A DNA stretch of 64,000 nucleotides, from positions 252,216,001 through 252,280,000 of the forward strand of contig OZ024742.1 in NCBI GenBank assembly GCA_964016885.1. The letters are read 5' to 3'. The notes beneath the pieces are model-generated. The model was not told the DNA's origin and did not search any database. It saw only the letters and a list, made by a program, of their open reading frames with translations. The stretch comes from Eledone cirrhosa. Its lineage: Eukaryota. Made by a program: the position numbers and the translations under genes. Positions 62,897 to 64,000 of the stretch are shown piece after piece (position 1 is the stretch's first letter; each line of letters begins with the position of its first letter).

Positions 62897-63580
62897 AGAC
62901 AACGGATGAGGAACCCCCCACCCTGTTCTTGCTTTCTTCGTATTCCCACTGCATTTTAAGTTACCTTAACTAGCAACTACACAGCCATTTCTATTCTCCA
63001 TATATTTCATCATGTTTTTCGCTGTGACCATTCTTCTCTCCCCTTCTACCTACCTATTTCGCCACTTTCTACTCTCACCCCTCTTTCTTCCCCTCCCTTT
63101 CTCTCTATCTAATCTACCCCACTTTCTTCCTCTCCCTTTCTCCCTCTCACTTTCACCCGCTCGTCTGACCGTTTAGCAGTTCTCTTCTCCCTTACAACTG
63201 CGGCGATCGGACGTGTGTCTTTTCTCTCGATTACTCGGTCTCGAACTTAAGTTCTATCATCGAGTGGTCTTCGATTTCCTACCTATAGTTGCTCGCACAT
63301 TGTTCGGTTTGTGTTGTTTTTTTTGCTGTTTTGTTACTGTTTCTCTTTTCTTCCCCTTTGCTTCCCTTTCCCCCTTCCTTCGTTTTCCCAAAAACTTATC
63401 CAGTTATTGACGCCCTGGGGTGAAGTAGTATCTTGTCTTTAAAGCGTAGACATATCCTAGACCCCCAGTAGACAACTGATGAGGACCCCCGCCTGTTCTT
63501 GCTTTCTTCGTATTCCCACTGCATTTTAAGTTACCTTAAATAGCAACTACACAACCATTTCTATTCTCCATATATTTCAT
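62897..63580 (+). mobile_element. Non-coding element with ~112-bp direct terminal repeats and hammerhead-like motifs
   Basis: Repeats at 62897-63010 and 63470-63580, each starting AGACAA-C(G/T)GATGA-GG; flanked by (TA)n. Confidence 0.6.
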
Positions 63581-63845
63581 TATATATATATATATATATA
63601 TGGGATAACAAATTATGGTTATAGGTAATCCAGTTAGAGGTTGTGAATACTCCACATTGTGGATAGTTTTAACGTACGGTGTTGTTTGACTCAACAAGAG
63701 GTTTCCTTAGTTAGGTTGCGAGTTCTCGGGAATTCCTATGCAGGTTAATCTTGGAGTAATAATAGTGAAAGAGTGAAGAATAACATGGTCAACAGTACAA
63801 AAAGGGTTTTATTTACAGTAATAACAATTGTTTCATTGATTAGGT

Positions 63846-63992
63846 TGTCTAAAAATTGCTAATCACTTGAAGTTGTGTCACTCAATTTTAAATACAATGT
63901 ATGCTTAATCAGTTTTTCCGATGATTTGATTGGGCATACATTGTATTTAAAATTGAGTGACACAACTTCAAGTGATTAGCAATTTTTAGACA
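63846..63992. repeat. Perfect 59-bp inverted repeat with 29-nt spacer
   Basis: Arms 63846-63904 and 63934-63992. Confidence 0.95.
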
Positions 63993-64000
63993 TTAAAAAA

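Overview
AT-rich, repeat-dominated eukaryotic DNA. The repeat families and giant (TA)n arrays suggest an octopus or other cephalopod genome, but this is inference. No host protein-coding gene can be supported. All long ORFs in the track (YIYI/MCVY type) are artefacts of about 15 kb of (TA)n/(TACA)n microsatellite. The window holds a 5'-truncated, frameshifted Tx1/L1-type LINE (29991-33765), a decayed Ty3/Gypsy pol (44235-46222) and a non-autonomous LTR element with a tRNA-Trp PBS (46773-48784). It also holds a Buster-type hAT transposase relic with nested SINE and Helitron insertions (39930-42205), RTE and CR1 LINE fragments, hAT and piggyBac MITEs, and many copies of two tRNA-derived SINE families. 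Three signals stand out. (1) Hammerhead-ribozyme (HHR) motifs recur next to (TA)n tracts: one apparently intact type I HHR with a U3-A8 compensatory core (8395-8507), Penelope-like ends, a retrozyme-like unit, and long palindromes formed from HHR halves. (2) A ~50-copy 44-bp minisatellite looks like the amplified interior of a tRNA-Val-like gene. (3) A 34-nt GT-AG segment in the Tx1 LINE would, if spliced, fuse the upstream frame to ORF2 in frame. Repeat boundaries were read by eye and are approximate unless termini are quoted.
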